A stretch of 64,000 bases of DNA from Arenicellales bacterium. GTDB lineage: Bacteria > Pseudomonadota > Gammaproteobacteria > Arenicellales > JAJDZL01. Under the pieces are notes generated by a model. The model was not told where the DNA came from. It saw nothing but the letters and a program-made list of their open reading frames with translations, and did not search any database. Below, piece after piece: positions 7,977 through 16,896 of the stretch. Position 1 is the stretch's first letter. Each line of letters opens with the position of its first letter. The position numbers and the translations under genes are program-made. The DNA is taken from contig CBDAUA010000007.1 in NCBI GenBank assembly GCA_965200425.1, positions 102,749 through 166,748 on the forward strand. The letters are read 5' to 3'.

Positions 7977-10289
7977 ATGGCAACTAAGCAAGAACTTGAG
8001 TCACGTGAATCCCAGTGTGTGTCCGTTGAGGACTGGATTCAGCTGGCAAATCAAGCATTGGAAAAACCTTCGGATCCACAATATGCAGAGCATTTGGCAA
8101 TTGAAGCTGAAATGCAATGTATGGAGCCCGGAGAATATGTGAGTTTGGCTACTTTTCTCGCACTGAAAATGGATGATACTGACAATGCGGAGGAACTTCT
8201 CGAACAGGCAGAAGACGCTTGCTTTACTGGCATGGAATTTGCACAAGTTGGTGACGCGTATGCAGTGCTGTTCAATGACAAACAAAAGGCAATTGCCCTA
8301 ATTCGGGATGCAGTTGGCGAAGCATCCGGTAACGAGTTAATCACACTCGCTGCCTACGCTGCCAATGCAGGAGACAACACACTTGCACAATCGCTTATTG
8401 CGAAAACCACAGCAAATTTCAATCAATTTTCGCAGTTCCAAGTATTGGCGAAGCAATTGGTTGAAGCTGGGAATACACCAACCGCAAAAACCGTACTTCT
8501 CGGTGCAGAACGTTATCTCGAAACGGTAGAGCATTCTGTCGATTTTGCAAAATCCATGATTGATCTTTTCAATGACACATCCCAGGCGCAAAGGATACTT
8601 GACGATGCTGAATTCGATTGCCAGTTTCCATCCGATTTTGTGGTACTCGCAAAAGGAATTTTAGAAACATTGAATGATGAGGATAAGGTAGATGAATTGC
8701 TAGAAGAAGCAGCATTCAGTGCGATGGAAGGTGAAGAATTTCTGGATGTTGGCAATGCTTTTTGGGACCTCAAAAAGGATGAAGTTGCAGCCCGCGAATA
8801 TTTTGAAAAAGCCTTACCAGAACTAAGTGACCGAAGTGTGTTACAGCAAGTGGCTGCTATGCTCGTTACCGAGTTGGGAGACTCAGATCTTGCGAAACAG
8901 TACTACAGAAAAATCGCTGAAAAAATCACTAATCCAAATGATCTCACCAAGCTCGCAACTGAAACCTGGACCAATTTAAACGATCGAGAGTTTGCCCAAG
9001 GTTTATTTAATCGAGCCGAAAGTAAATTGTTTAATGCGAGAGACCTAGTAGCACTTGCTGAAGCCATGGTAAGCACGATTGGTGATGAAAAATCAGTTCT
9101 CGAAATTTACCGAAGAGCTGGTGATTCGATACAGAATTTCACCGGTTTACAACAAATTTTAGAGAGTCTGAAAAAGTCAATCAACGATGAAAAAGTTACA
9201 GCTGAATTGGTTGGAAAGATGAGGCAGATTGCCAATTCGACGACTGAATTAATTCAGACTTGTCGAGCCGCACATGAGGTGCTGGATGATCAGGAAATTA
9301 TCCACAGCATACTCGAATCAGCAGAGGAGCTAGTATCGAATCCAACTGACCTGGAGTTGATCTTGAAAACAGTCTCGGAATTGTATTCAGATAACGTTAA
9401 ATGGCAAGAGCGACTGAAGGATAAACTGGAACGAAGGCGTGCAAACCAAGCAAAATATGCAGAGATTCAACGACTTGAAAAACAGAATTCAACAGCAGTC
9501 GACACCATTCGTCTCGGACATCGTGTAGTCATTGAACTAGACGATGCTTCCTACGCAAGAAGCTTATTCGATCGCGCTACAGATCAATTGGAAGCCAATC
9601 ATTTTGATGTTTCGCAGTGGGTGTATTTGATCAAGCACATCGCTGCTGACCTTAAAGAGGAAGATCTAGTTCGAGAACTAGTTATCAAAGCAGCTTCTTC
9701 GAGTTCTCATTTTTCCAGTGCTTTTCAGCTCGCACGATCGGTTGTCGAAGATCTAAATCCACCCGGAAATACTGAGTTGGCGTGGTTGATCGTAAACGAA
9801 TGGGACTTAAAAATGTCAAGTCCGATGGATCGCGTAAAGTTGATGCGCATGGTTCTTGAATTATTTTCAGATCGTAACTGGGTCATACGTAACTTGAAAG
9901 ATTGCAAGATCGCCGAGTTTGATTTTCTATTACTTTCGGAACTTGGCAAAATTGCAAGTCAAGTGGGAGATCAAGAGTTAGCAAGGTCCATGTATTTTGC
10001 AGCAGTGCGAAAATGTACCAACACGACTGAACTATCACAATTGATTCAATCATTAAAGTCTCAAGGCGCAGCTCACTCCTTGTGTAAAGACCTCTATGTG
10101 GAACGGAAAGGCAGTTTCGAAGATACGCTTGAAAAACTTCGATGGGTAGAAGGGATTTTGACACACTTTGGAGATGTTGTGTGGGCAAAGCAAGAATATA
10201 AAGAATTACAGCCCGAGATTTCGGGTGAAACAATGCGAGCCGTATTTCACACTAGCCGTAAACACCAACTAGCAAGAAGGTATTATTGA
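7977..10289 (+). CDS. Acidic all-helical TPR-like repeat protein (770 aa), function unknown
   Basis: About 20 tandem modules of 33-36 residues with a recurring pattern, e.g. PSDFVVLAKGILETLNDEDKVDELLEEAAFSA and PNDLTKLATETWTNLNDREFAQGLFNRAESKL. No signal peptide or TM segment. Confidence 0.6.
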   Translation: MATKQELESRESQCVSVEDWIQLANQALEKPSDPQYAEHLAIEAEMQCMEPGEYVSLATFLALKMDDTDNAEELLEQAEDACFTGMEFAQVGDAYAVLFNDKQKAIALIRDAVGEASGNELITLAAYAANAGDNTLAQSLIAKTTANFNQFSQFQVLAKQLVEAGNTPTAKTVLLGAERYLETVEHSVDFAKSMIDLFNDTSQAQRILDDAEFDCQFPSDFVVLAKGILETLNDEDKVDELLEEAAFSAMEGEEFLDVGNAFWDLKKDEVAAREYFEKALPELSDRSVLQQVAAMLVTELGDSDLAKQYYRKIAEKITNPNDLTKLATETWTNLNDREFAQGLFNRAESKLFNARDLVALAEAMVSTIGDEKSVLEIYRRAGDSIQNFTGLQQILESLKKSINDEKVTAELVGKMRQIANSTTELIQTCRAAHEVLDDQEIIHSILESAEELVSNPTDLELILKTVSELYSDNVKWQERLKDKLERRRANQAKYAEIQRLEKQNSTAVDTIRLGHRVVIELDDASYARSLFDRATDQLEANHFDVSQWVYLIKHIAADLKEEDLVRELVIKAASSSSHFSSAFQLARSVVEDLNPPGNTELAWLIVNEWDLKMSSPMDRVKLMRMVLELFSDRNWVIRNLKDCKIAEFDFLLLSELGKIASQVGDQELARSMYFAAVRKCTNTTELSQLIQSLKSQGAAHSLCKDLYVERKGSFEDTLEKLRWVEGILTHFGDVVWAKQEYKELQPEISGETMRAVFHTSRKHQLARRYY

Positions 10290-10516
10290 TATGGTAAAAA
10301 ATCTGGAAGGAAACGCTTCAACCGTTTCTAGTCAGAGAGCACCGGAAACCTAAAATACGTTTTTCTGGCTACTTCCATTTTGTTTCATTGTTGAATTCTG
10401 CACATTTGTTGGAGCAATTGCATTTTCATACATTGCATACCGATCTGCCGCAGCTTTGACTCCTATCTTTAATTTTCTATTCGACTAAGATAGTAACTCG
10501 ATACTCGACAATCGAA

Positions 10517-11149
10517 TTAATTCTTGAGAGCGACCATCAATCCGTCTCGAAGTGTCAACAAGACATTCATCACTCTTCGGTCTTCGGAAACACGTTTGTT
10601 GAATTCGTTTAAAGCGTGAGCGTCTGGAGTCTTCGGATCGAGAACTGTACTGCTCCAAAGCACGTTATCGGCAACAATCACGCCCCCTGATCTGACCAAA
10701 GGCATGATGGCTTCGTAGTAATTCAAATAGTTTTCTTTATCTGCATCGATGTAAACCAAGTCAAACATTCCGTCCAATGCCGGAATTTTTTCTAATGCAT
10801 GCCCGATGATGATGTCGATTTTCTTACCGTGTTCACTACGGTCAAAAAATTTTCGCGCAATTTCTTCACTTTCAGTATCAATATCCATCGTAATCAGCTG
10901 TCCGTCTTCGGGTAATTCCTCCGCAAGGGTAAGTGCGGAGTAACCAGTAAACATACCAATTTCGAGTATACGTTTTGCATTAACTGATCTCGCTAACAAC
11001 TTCAACACTGCACCCTGTAAAGGTCCAGATATCATTCTTGAATATTCTAGATGCTCATTTGTCCAATTCTCGATATGATCGACAACCAAGGAAGGCTGTT
11101 GAGAATGATCTTGAGCGTAATTTTCTACTTTGGAGTCTACGAAATTCAT
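10517..11149 (-). CDS. Class I SAM-dependent O-methyltransferase (caffeoyl-CoA OMT family 3-like)
   Basis: ILEIGMFTGYSALTLA SAM motif, VYIDADKENY and a 210-aa length are typical of family 3 O-methyltransferases. Confidence 0.8.
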   Translation of the reverse strand: MNFVDSKVENYAQDHSQQPSLVVDHIENWTNEHLEYSRMISGPLQGAVLKLLARSVNAKRILEIGMFTGYSALTLAEELPEDGQLITMDIDTESEEIARKFFDRSEHGKKIDIIIGHALEKIPALDGMFDLVYIDADKENYLNYYEAIMPLVRSGGVIVADNVLWSSTVLDPKTPDAHALNEFNKRVSEDRRVMNVLLTLRDGLMVALKN

Positions 11150-11335
11150 AAATCAAACAATCGTTGTATAAGTTATCAGTAAAATCAAGCTGTTAAAATT
11201 TGGGAAAGCGAAAAAAAAAGGGGTGCGATTTATACTGACTTTTTACCACATTACTTTTTTTTTGCAAAATATTTGTGTGTCTGAAAAGAGGATAATTTCA
11301 CTGAATTTGTGCTGTTAGTATATATTTTGATCTTT

Positions 11336-12235
11336 ATGTGCGGAATTGTTGGTCTATACCTTAAAAACTCAAATTTAGAGCCCCAACTTGGCGAGTTTGT
11401 CGCGGACATGCTAGAGGAAATGGGGGATCGTGGCCCCGATAGTGCCGGGCTCGCTATTTATAGGGATCCGGTGGATGATGCTGGTTCCAAAGTATCTCTA
11501 TTTAGTCCAAATCCAAAGGAAAACTGGCAGTTTCGAATTGAACAAATTTCTTCTCGTTTCGAATGTGATTTTTCACTCAGTGTTCACGCCAGTCACGCCA
11601 TCATTTCGGGTGCAGTAAGAGTCGAGGAAGTCGGTCAATGGATTCAAGAGCAATGGCCAGATTTGCGAGTGATGAGCATTGGAACGACCATCGAAATTTA
11701 CAAAGAAAAAGGACACCCAAATAAAGTCGTTGAACGCTTTGGTTTTCGAGAATTTGCCGGTACTCATGCGGTCGCCCATACTCGAATGGCGACTGAAAGT
11801 GCAGTAACGACCGAACATTCGCACCCATTTTCGACCGGACTTGACCTTTGCCTAGTTCACAATGGGTCACTGTCCAATCACAACCGACTTCGAAGATTCT
11901 TAAGGCGGCGAGGCGGGGAGTTCCAAACGGACAATGACAGTGAAGTTGCTGCAGGATTCCTGACTTGGCGATTATCCTTAGGTGAATCAGTGGTTGAAGC
12001 CCTTCAGTCCGCGATAAAGCATCTAGATGGATTCTATACATTCGCCATTGGTACCAACAACGGATTTTCCGTACTACGTGATCCAATTGCATGCAAGCCT
12101 GCAGTCCTCGCTGAAAATGATGACTGGGTGGCAATGTCATCGGAATACCGCGCAATTGCTAGATTACCTGGTGCAAAACATTCCAACATATGGGAACCCT
12201 CACCAGCACAGATTTATAGTTGGGAACGTCATTAG
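11336..12235 (+). CDS. mgsA: Class II (Ntn) glutamine amidotransferase, GlxB / N-methylglutamate synthase subunit A-like
   Basis: MCGIVGLYL N-terminus. The Ntn nucleophile Cys must follow the initiator Met, so the start is the ATG at 11336 rather than the GTG at 11309 in the ORF track. Confidence 0.8.
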   Translation: MCGIVGLYLKNSNLEPQLGEFVADMLEEMGDRGPDSAGLAIYRDPVDDAGSKVSLFSPNPKENWQFRIEQISSRFECDFSLSVHASHAIISGAVRVEEVGQWIQEQWPDLRVMSIGTTIEIYKEKGHPNKVVERFGFREFAGTHAVAHTRMATESAVTTEHSHPFSTGLDLCLVHNGSLSNHNRLRRFLRRRGGEFQTDNDSEVAAGFLTWRLSLGESVVEALQSAIKHLDGFYTFAIGTNNGFSVLRDPIACKPAVLAENDDWVAMSSEYRAIARLPGAKHSNIWEPSPAQIYSWERH

Positions 12236-12936
12236 TACAGCAAAGCCAATTTCCAGTGCACTTCGATCTAGCTACTCAATCTCTTCGGGAAATTAATCAA
12301 GCATTGCATGATATATGCGATGTCAAGCAATCCGATCCAATTACCGTTCATTACCCGAGAGGTGCACATTCAGTAGCTGTCGGATTAACTGCGCAGGTGC
12401 AAGTCAACATTCTGGGTCATGTTGGCTATTACTGTGCTGGAATGAACAAGAACGCGAATATTCATGTTCTTGGCAACGCAGGTCCAGGCTTGGCTGAAAA
12501 CATGATGTCTGGATCCGTTTACGTCGACGGTAACGCGTCGCAATACGCAGGTGCTTCCGGCCACGGTGGACTTCTGGTGATAAAGGGAGATACTAGTTCA
12601 CGTTGCGGCATCTCAATGAAAGGAATCGATATTGTCGTCGGCGGTTCAATCGGCCACTTCAGCGCGTTTATGGCTCAATCGGGTCGTCTTGTTGTTTGCG
12701 GTGACGCAGGGCGTGATTTGGGGGACTCGATCTATGAAGCACAAATATTTGTACGAGGCTCTGTCGCCAGTCTGGGCTCTGATTGTGTGGAGAAAGAAAT
12801 GTTGCCGCAGCACAATCGGGAGCTAGAGCTGCTGCTTCAACGCGCTGGCTTTGATTACCCATTAAGCGATTTTCGTCGATACGGCTCCGAACGAAAACTG
12901 TACAACTTCAAGATCGACAACGCTGATGCCCTCTGA
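12220..12936 (+). CDS. mgsB: GXGXG-motif protein (glutamate synthase alpha-subunit C-terminal domain-like), GlxC / N-methylglutamate synthase subunit B-like
   Basis: Repeated GXGXG beta-helix pattern: VLGNAGPGLAENMMSGSVYVDGNAS..GHGGLLVIKGD..VVGGSIG..VVCGDAG. Overlaps the upstream gene by 16 nt. Confidence 0.8.
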   Translation: MGTSLVQQSQFPVHFDLATQSLREINQALHDICDVKQSDPITVHYPRGAHSVAVGLTAQVQVNILGHVGYYCAGMNKNANIHVLGNAGPGLAENMMSGSVYVDGNASQYAGASGHGGLLVIKGDTSSRCGISMKGIDIVVGGSIGHFSAFMAQSGRLVVCGDAGRDLGDSIYEAQIFVRGSVASLGSDCVEKEMLPQHNRELELLLQRAGFDYPLSDFRRYGSERKLYNFKIDNADAL

Positions 12937-14266
12937 TCCCAAAAAACATTCCTACGACCCCCGCTTTCTTCGCCCATCAGCAACGTTTCCAGATCACGTT
13001 CTGGCGGAAATTCATCGTGCCGCAGATCAAGGTGTGTATGAAATTCGAGGGTTTGGGGCGAAACGAACGATACCCACGTTTGACGATCTAGTCTTTCTTG
13101 GCGCCTCTATGTCGCGCTATCCACTTGAAGGTTATCGAGAAAAATGCTCAACCGATATCGTAATCGGTGATCGATTTGCAAAACATCCGCTTCATCTAGA
13201 CATTCCAATCACCATTGCCGGCATGAGCTTTGGTGCACTAGGCGCGAATGCAAAGGAGTCAATTGGCCGAGCCGCGACCGAGATGGGCACCAGCACGACA
13301 ACTGGTGATGGGGGTATGACCGACGAGGAGCGTAACGCGTCAAAAATGCTAATCTATCAAGTCCTACCGTCACGTTACGGATTAAATCCGGACGATGTCC
13401 GTCGGGCGGACGCGTTGGAAGTCGTTGTGGGTCAAGGTGCCAAACCTGGCGGTGGGGGCATGTTATTGGGTCAAAAAATTACCGAACGCGTAGCAGGTAT
13501 GAGAAATTTGCCGACAGGCATCGACCAGCGCAGTGCATGTCGACACCCGGATTGGACTGGGCCAGATGATCTAGAGATAAAGATTCAAGAACTTCGTGAA
13601 ATCACCGACCACAAAATTCCGATATTGACAAAGATAGGAGCAACTCGTGTTGGCTTCGATGTGGCACTTGCGGTCAAAGCCGGTGCAGACGCAATAGTCT
13701 TGGATGGTATGCAAGGCGGTACCGCGGCGACTCAAGATGTATTTATCGAACACGTTGGAGTTCCGACGCTTCCTGCCGTTCGCATGGCAGTCGATGCACT
13801 TGTGGATATGGATATGCATCGCGAGGTTCAACTGATTGTGTCTGGCGGCATTCGTAGTGGCGCCGATGTAGCAAAAGCACTCGCGATTGGGGCCGATGCA
13901 GTCTCGATCGGAAGTGCTGCAATGGTTGCCTTAGGCTGCAATCGACCGATATATGATGAAGATTACCACAAAATTGGTACTGCACCTGGCTATTGTCACC
14001 ATTGCCACACCGGACGTTGCCCAGTAGGAATAACGACTCAGTTGCCGGAACTGGAAGCTAGATTAAAACCTGAACAAGGTTCCAAATGGCTCAGAAATTA
14101 CCTAGCAACCATGGTTTTAGAATTACAAACCTTGGCTAGGGCCTGTGGCAAAAGTCATGTATTGAACCTGGAACCTGAAGATATGGTGGCACTCACAGTC
14201 GAAGCTGCCGCGATGGCGCGAATTCCACTTGCAGGTACCGGCTGGATTCCCGGCAACGGATACTGA
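12926..14266 (+). CDS. mgsC: FMN-binding glutamate synthase family protein, GlxD / N-methylglutamate synthase subunit C-like
   Basis: GltB FMN-domain pattern: EVVVGQGAKPGGGG, VLDGMQGGTAA, SGGIRSGADVAKALALGADAV, and a C-terminal CHHCHTGRCP Cys cluster. Confidence 0.85.
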   Translation: MPSDPKKHSYDPRFLRPSATFPDHVLAEIHRAADQGVYEIRGFGAKRTIPTFDDLVFLGASMSRYPLEGYREKCSTDIVIGDRFAKHPLHLDIPITIAGMSFGALGANAKESIGRAATEMGTSTTTGDGGMTDEERNASKMLIYQVLPSRYGLNPDDVRRADALEVVVGQGAKPGGGGMLLGQKITERVAGMRNLPTGIDQRSACRHPDWTGPDDLEIKIQELREITDHKIPILTKIGATRVGFDVALAVKAGADAIVLDGMQGGTAATQDVFIEHVGVPTLPAVRMAVDALVDMDMHREVQLIVSGGIRSGADVAKALAIGADAVSIGSAAMVALGCNRPIYDEDYHKIGTAPGYCHHCHTGRCPVGITTQLPELEARLKPEQGSKWLRNYLATMVLELQTLARACGKSHVLNLEPEDMVALTVEAAAMARIPLAGTGWIPGNGY

Positions 14267-14383
14267 TAATTGCCTAATTTTTTGTTATCAAGCTCAAATG
14301 TAGGCGAAACTTCATCTAACAATACTGAAAGAACTAAAAGATCTGTATAAAACAAACAATTCAATGCCCGGAGGGAGGAAAAT

Positions 14384-15703
14384 ATGGCACTTAATTTAGC
14401 ACAATTTGCGAAAGACGAAGGAATTCGATACTTTTTAATTAGCTTTGTAGATCTTTATGGTGGTCTTAGAGCCAAGCTCGTGCCCGCCGGTGCCATCGGA
14501 GACATGCAAAAAGAAGGTGCAGGTTTTGCTGGCTTTGCAACATGGTTAGACATGACACCGGCAGACCCTGACCTACTTGCGATCCCCGATGCGGATAGTC
14601 TAATCGTACTGCCATGGCAGAAGGATGTTGGTTGGCTTGCAGCTGATCTTTGGATGGATGGCGTAGAAGTGGAACAGTGCCCGCGTGTCATTCTAAAACG
14701 ACAACTCTCGAAGCTAGCCGATAAAAATCAAGTACTGAAAACCGGAGTTGAATGCGAATTCATGCTCTTAAATTCCGATGGAAAGAGCATATACGACGAC
14801 CGCGATTCTCAGGCGAAACCTTGCTACGATCAAACTGCATTGATGCGCAATTTTGACGTTGTTAGTGAAATTTGCGATGCCATGATCGAATTGGGATGGG
14901 GACCTTATCAGAATGACCACGAGGATGCGAATGGTCAGTTTGAAATGAATTGGAACTATAGCGATGCCCTGACGACCGCTGATCGACATGTCTTCTTTAA
15001 GTTTATGGTGAAAACCATAGCTGAAAAAGCGGGTCAGCGCGCTACATTTATGCCAAAACCGTTTGCCGATTTGACTGGAAATGGCTGTCATTCACATGTA
15101 TCGGTCTGGAAGAATGACGGCGATACCACATCCAGTAATTTATTTCTAGACGAATCAGATGAAATGGGGCTTTCCGCATTGGCATATCACTTTCTCGGTG
15201 GTATCGTTCACAATGCTGAAGGACTGTGCTCCATATTCAATCCGACTGTAAACAGCTTCAAGAGAATCAATGCCCCAAGAACTCGTTCTGGTGCTTCTTG
15301 GTCACCGAATTCTGTCACCTATACCGGTAATAACAGAACTCATATGATTAGAATTCCGGATGCTGGTCGATTCGAACTTCGATTGATGGATGGGGCTGCT
15401 AACCCTTATTTGTTACAGGCCGGTATTGCAGCAGCTGGCCTCGATGGCATAAATAATGAACGTGATCCAGGACAACGTTTGGATATCGATATGTATGCCA
15501 ATCCTGAGCTAGCTGGAGATGATGTCAAGAAACTGCCGCTAAACTTACTTGATGCAATTCGACTGACCCAATCCGACGAAATGCTACGCAATGCCTTTGG
15601 TGCAGATATCGTTGACAGCTATTGCAAACTGAAAATGCTCGACTGGGAGCACTACTGTTCTCATGTTTCTGACTGGGAGCTCAACAATTCACTGGATTGC
15701 TAA
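14384..15703 (+). CDS. gmaS: Type III glutamine synthetase-like ligase (GlnT / gamma-glutamylmethylamide synthetase-like)
   Basis: 439 aa with a glutamine synthetase catalytic fold pattern (GVECEFMLL, NGCHSHVS, RIPDAGRFELR). It lies directly downstream of glxBCD-type genes and has a strong RBS, GGAGGGAGG. Confidence 0.75.
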   Translation: MALNLAQFAKDEGIRYFLISFVDLYGGLRAKLVPAGAIGDMQKEGAGFAGFATWLDMTPADPDLLAIPDADSLIVLPWQKDVGWLAADLWMDGVEVEQCPRVILKRQLSKLADKNQVLKTGVECEFMLLNSDGKSIYDDRDSQAKPCYDQTALMRNFDVVSEICDAMIELGWGPYQNDHEDANGQFEMNWNYSDALTTADRHVFFKFMVKTIAEKAGQRATFMPKPFADLTGNGCHSHVSVWKNDGDTTSSNLFLDESDEMGLSALAYHFLGGIVHNAEGLCSIFNPTVNSFKRINAPRTRSGASWSPNSVTYTGNNRTHMIRIPDAGRFELRLMDGAANPYLLQAGIAAAGLDGINNERDPGQRLDIDMYANPELAGDDVKKLPLNLLDAIRLTQSDEMLRNAFGADIVDSYCKLKMLDWEHYCSHVSDWELNNSLDC

Positions 15704-15717
15704 TTGGAACTATGCGA

Positions 15718-15742
15718 CTGTTGGTGCGTTCAGCACCAACAG
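15718..15742. terminator. Perfect 10-bp stem hairpin between convergent gmaS and anmK
   Basis: CTGTTGGTGC-gttca-GCACCAACAG. No clear U-tract on either side, so terminator function is tentative. Confidence 0.4.
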
Positions 15743-15753
15743 TAAGCATCGAA

Positions 15754-16857
15754 TCAATCGCCGGGAAAAATAAGCTCTCCCAGCGTCACTTCTTGACTCG
15801 CACCCGTAACGGTTGGAATGTTACCGGGTAGTTGCTTGATGCGCCTTTCGGCCAACCAGGCCATCGTGCAAGCTTCGACGTGTTCAGGCTTTACTCCCAA
15901 TTCATCGGTTACCAAGGTAGTAATCTGGGAAGTCTGCTGTAATCGAATTCGAATTGCATTATTGTATGCACCGCCCCCACATAGGTAAATTCTTTGGACA
16001 GGTGGCATCCAGGACCGAATACCAATCCAAATGCTTTCGGCAGTAAATGCAGCAATCGTGCTTTGAACGGTATCTGCAGATAAATTTGAATCCACTTCAC
16101 CAATTTTTCGTTGTAACCATTGCATAGAAAAATAACGACTGTCTAGACTTTTGGGGGGTGTTTGCTCGAAATATGAATCCTCCATCATTTTTTTTAGCAA
16201 ATCCTCGTCTACACTTGATGAAAGTGCCCAAGTTCCATCTTTATCATAGGGTTCACCCAAATGCAGAGCGGTCCACTGATCGGACAACGAGTTACCGGGT
16301 CCCGTATCAAATCCAGTTACAGCTTGCTCACGGTCTGCAGGCAAAAAGGTGACATTTGCGATCCCTCCAATGTTCACCACACACCTGGATTCGTCTGCGC
16401 TGCCAAAAGCATATCGATGAAAAGCCGGTGCTAGAGGAGCGCCTTGTCCACCAACCTGCATATCTGCAGCACGAAGATTGGCAACAACACGAACTCCTGT
16501 TTTGGCAGCAACGATAGAACTATTTCCGGCTTGCCATGTGCTAGGTGGATTGGCTTCGGGCTGATGAATGATAGTTTGTCCGTGACAGCCAATCGCTTCG
16601 ATCTGATGTGATGAAATTCCTTGGATCAGTGTTCGGACAGCGTCCGCATAAAGATTGCCCAAAGTCAAATCAACTTCACTGGCTAGACTTGAGTCAATAT
16701 TTGGCTCGCGCAGCAGTTGCTTGAGTTGAATTTTGAATTCTACTGGAAAGGTTTTGAACGTTGAGCGATGCAGTTCAACGGATGAATGTGAATCAAAGGA
16801 AACTAGGACTGAATCGATACCATCCAGACTCGTACCCGACATCATGCCAACATACAT
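15754..16857 (-). CDS. anmK: Anhydro-N-acetylmuramic acid kinase
   Basis: N-terminal MYVGMMSGTSLDGIDS and a 367-aa length, with conserved anmK-M23-tyrS synteny. Confidence 0.9.
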   Translation of the reverse strand: MYVGMMSGTSLDGIDSVLVSFDSHSSVELHRSTFKTFPVEFKIQLKQLLREPNIDSSLASEVDLTLGNLYADAVRTLIQGISSHQIEAIGCHGQTIIHQPEANPPSTWQAGNSSIVAAKTGVRVVANLRAADMQVGGQGAPLAPAFHRYAFGSADESRCVVNIGGIANVTFLPADREQAVTGFDTGPGNSLSDQWTALHLGEPYDKDGTWALSSSVDEDLLKKMMEDSYFEQTPPKSLDSRYFSMQWLQRKIGEVDSNLSADTVQSTIAAFTAESIWIGIRSWMPPVQRIYLCGGGAYNNAIRIRLQQTSQITTLVTDELGVKPEHVEACTMAWLAERRIKQLPGNIPTVTGASQEVTLGELIFPGD

Positions 16858-16896
16858 GACACTTCAAATGATTGCAGTAGAGATGAAGCTGATTTG

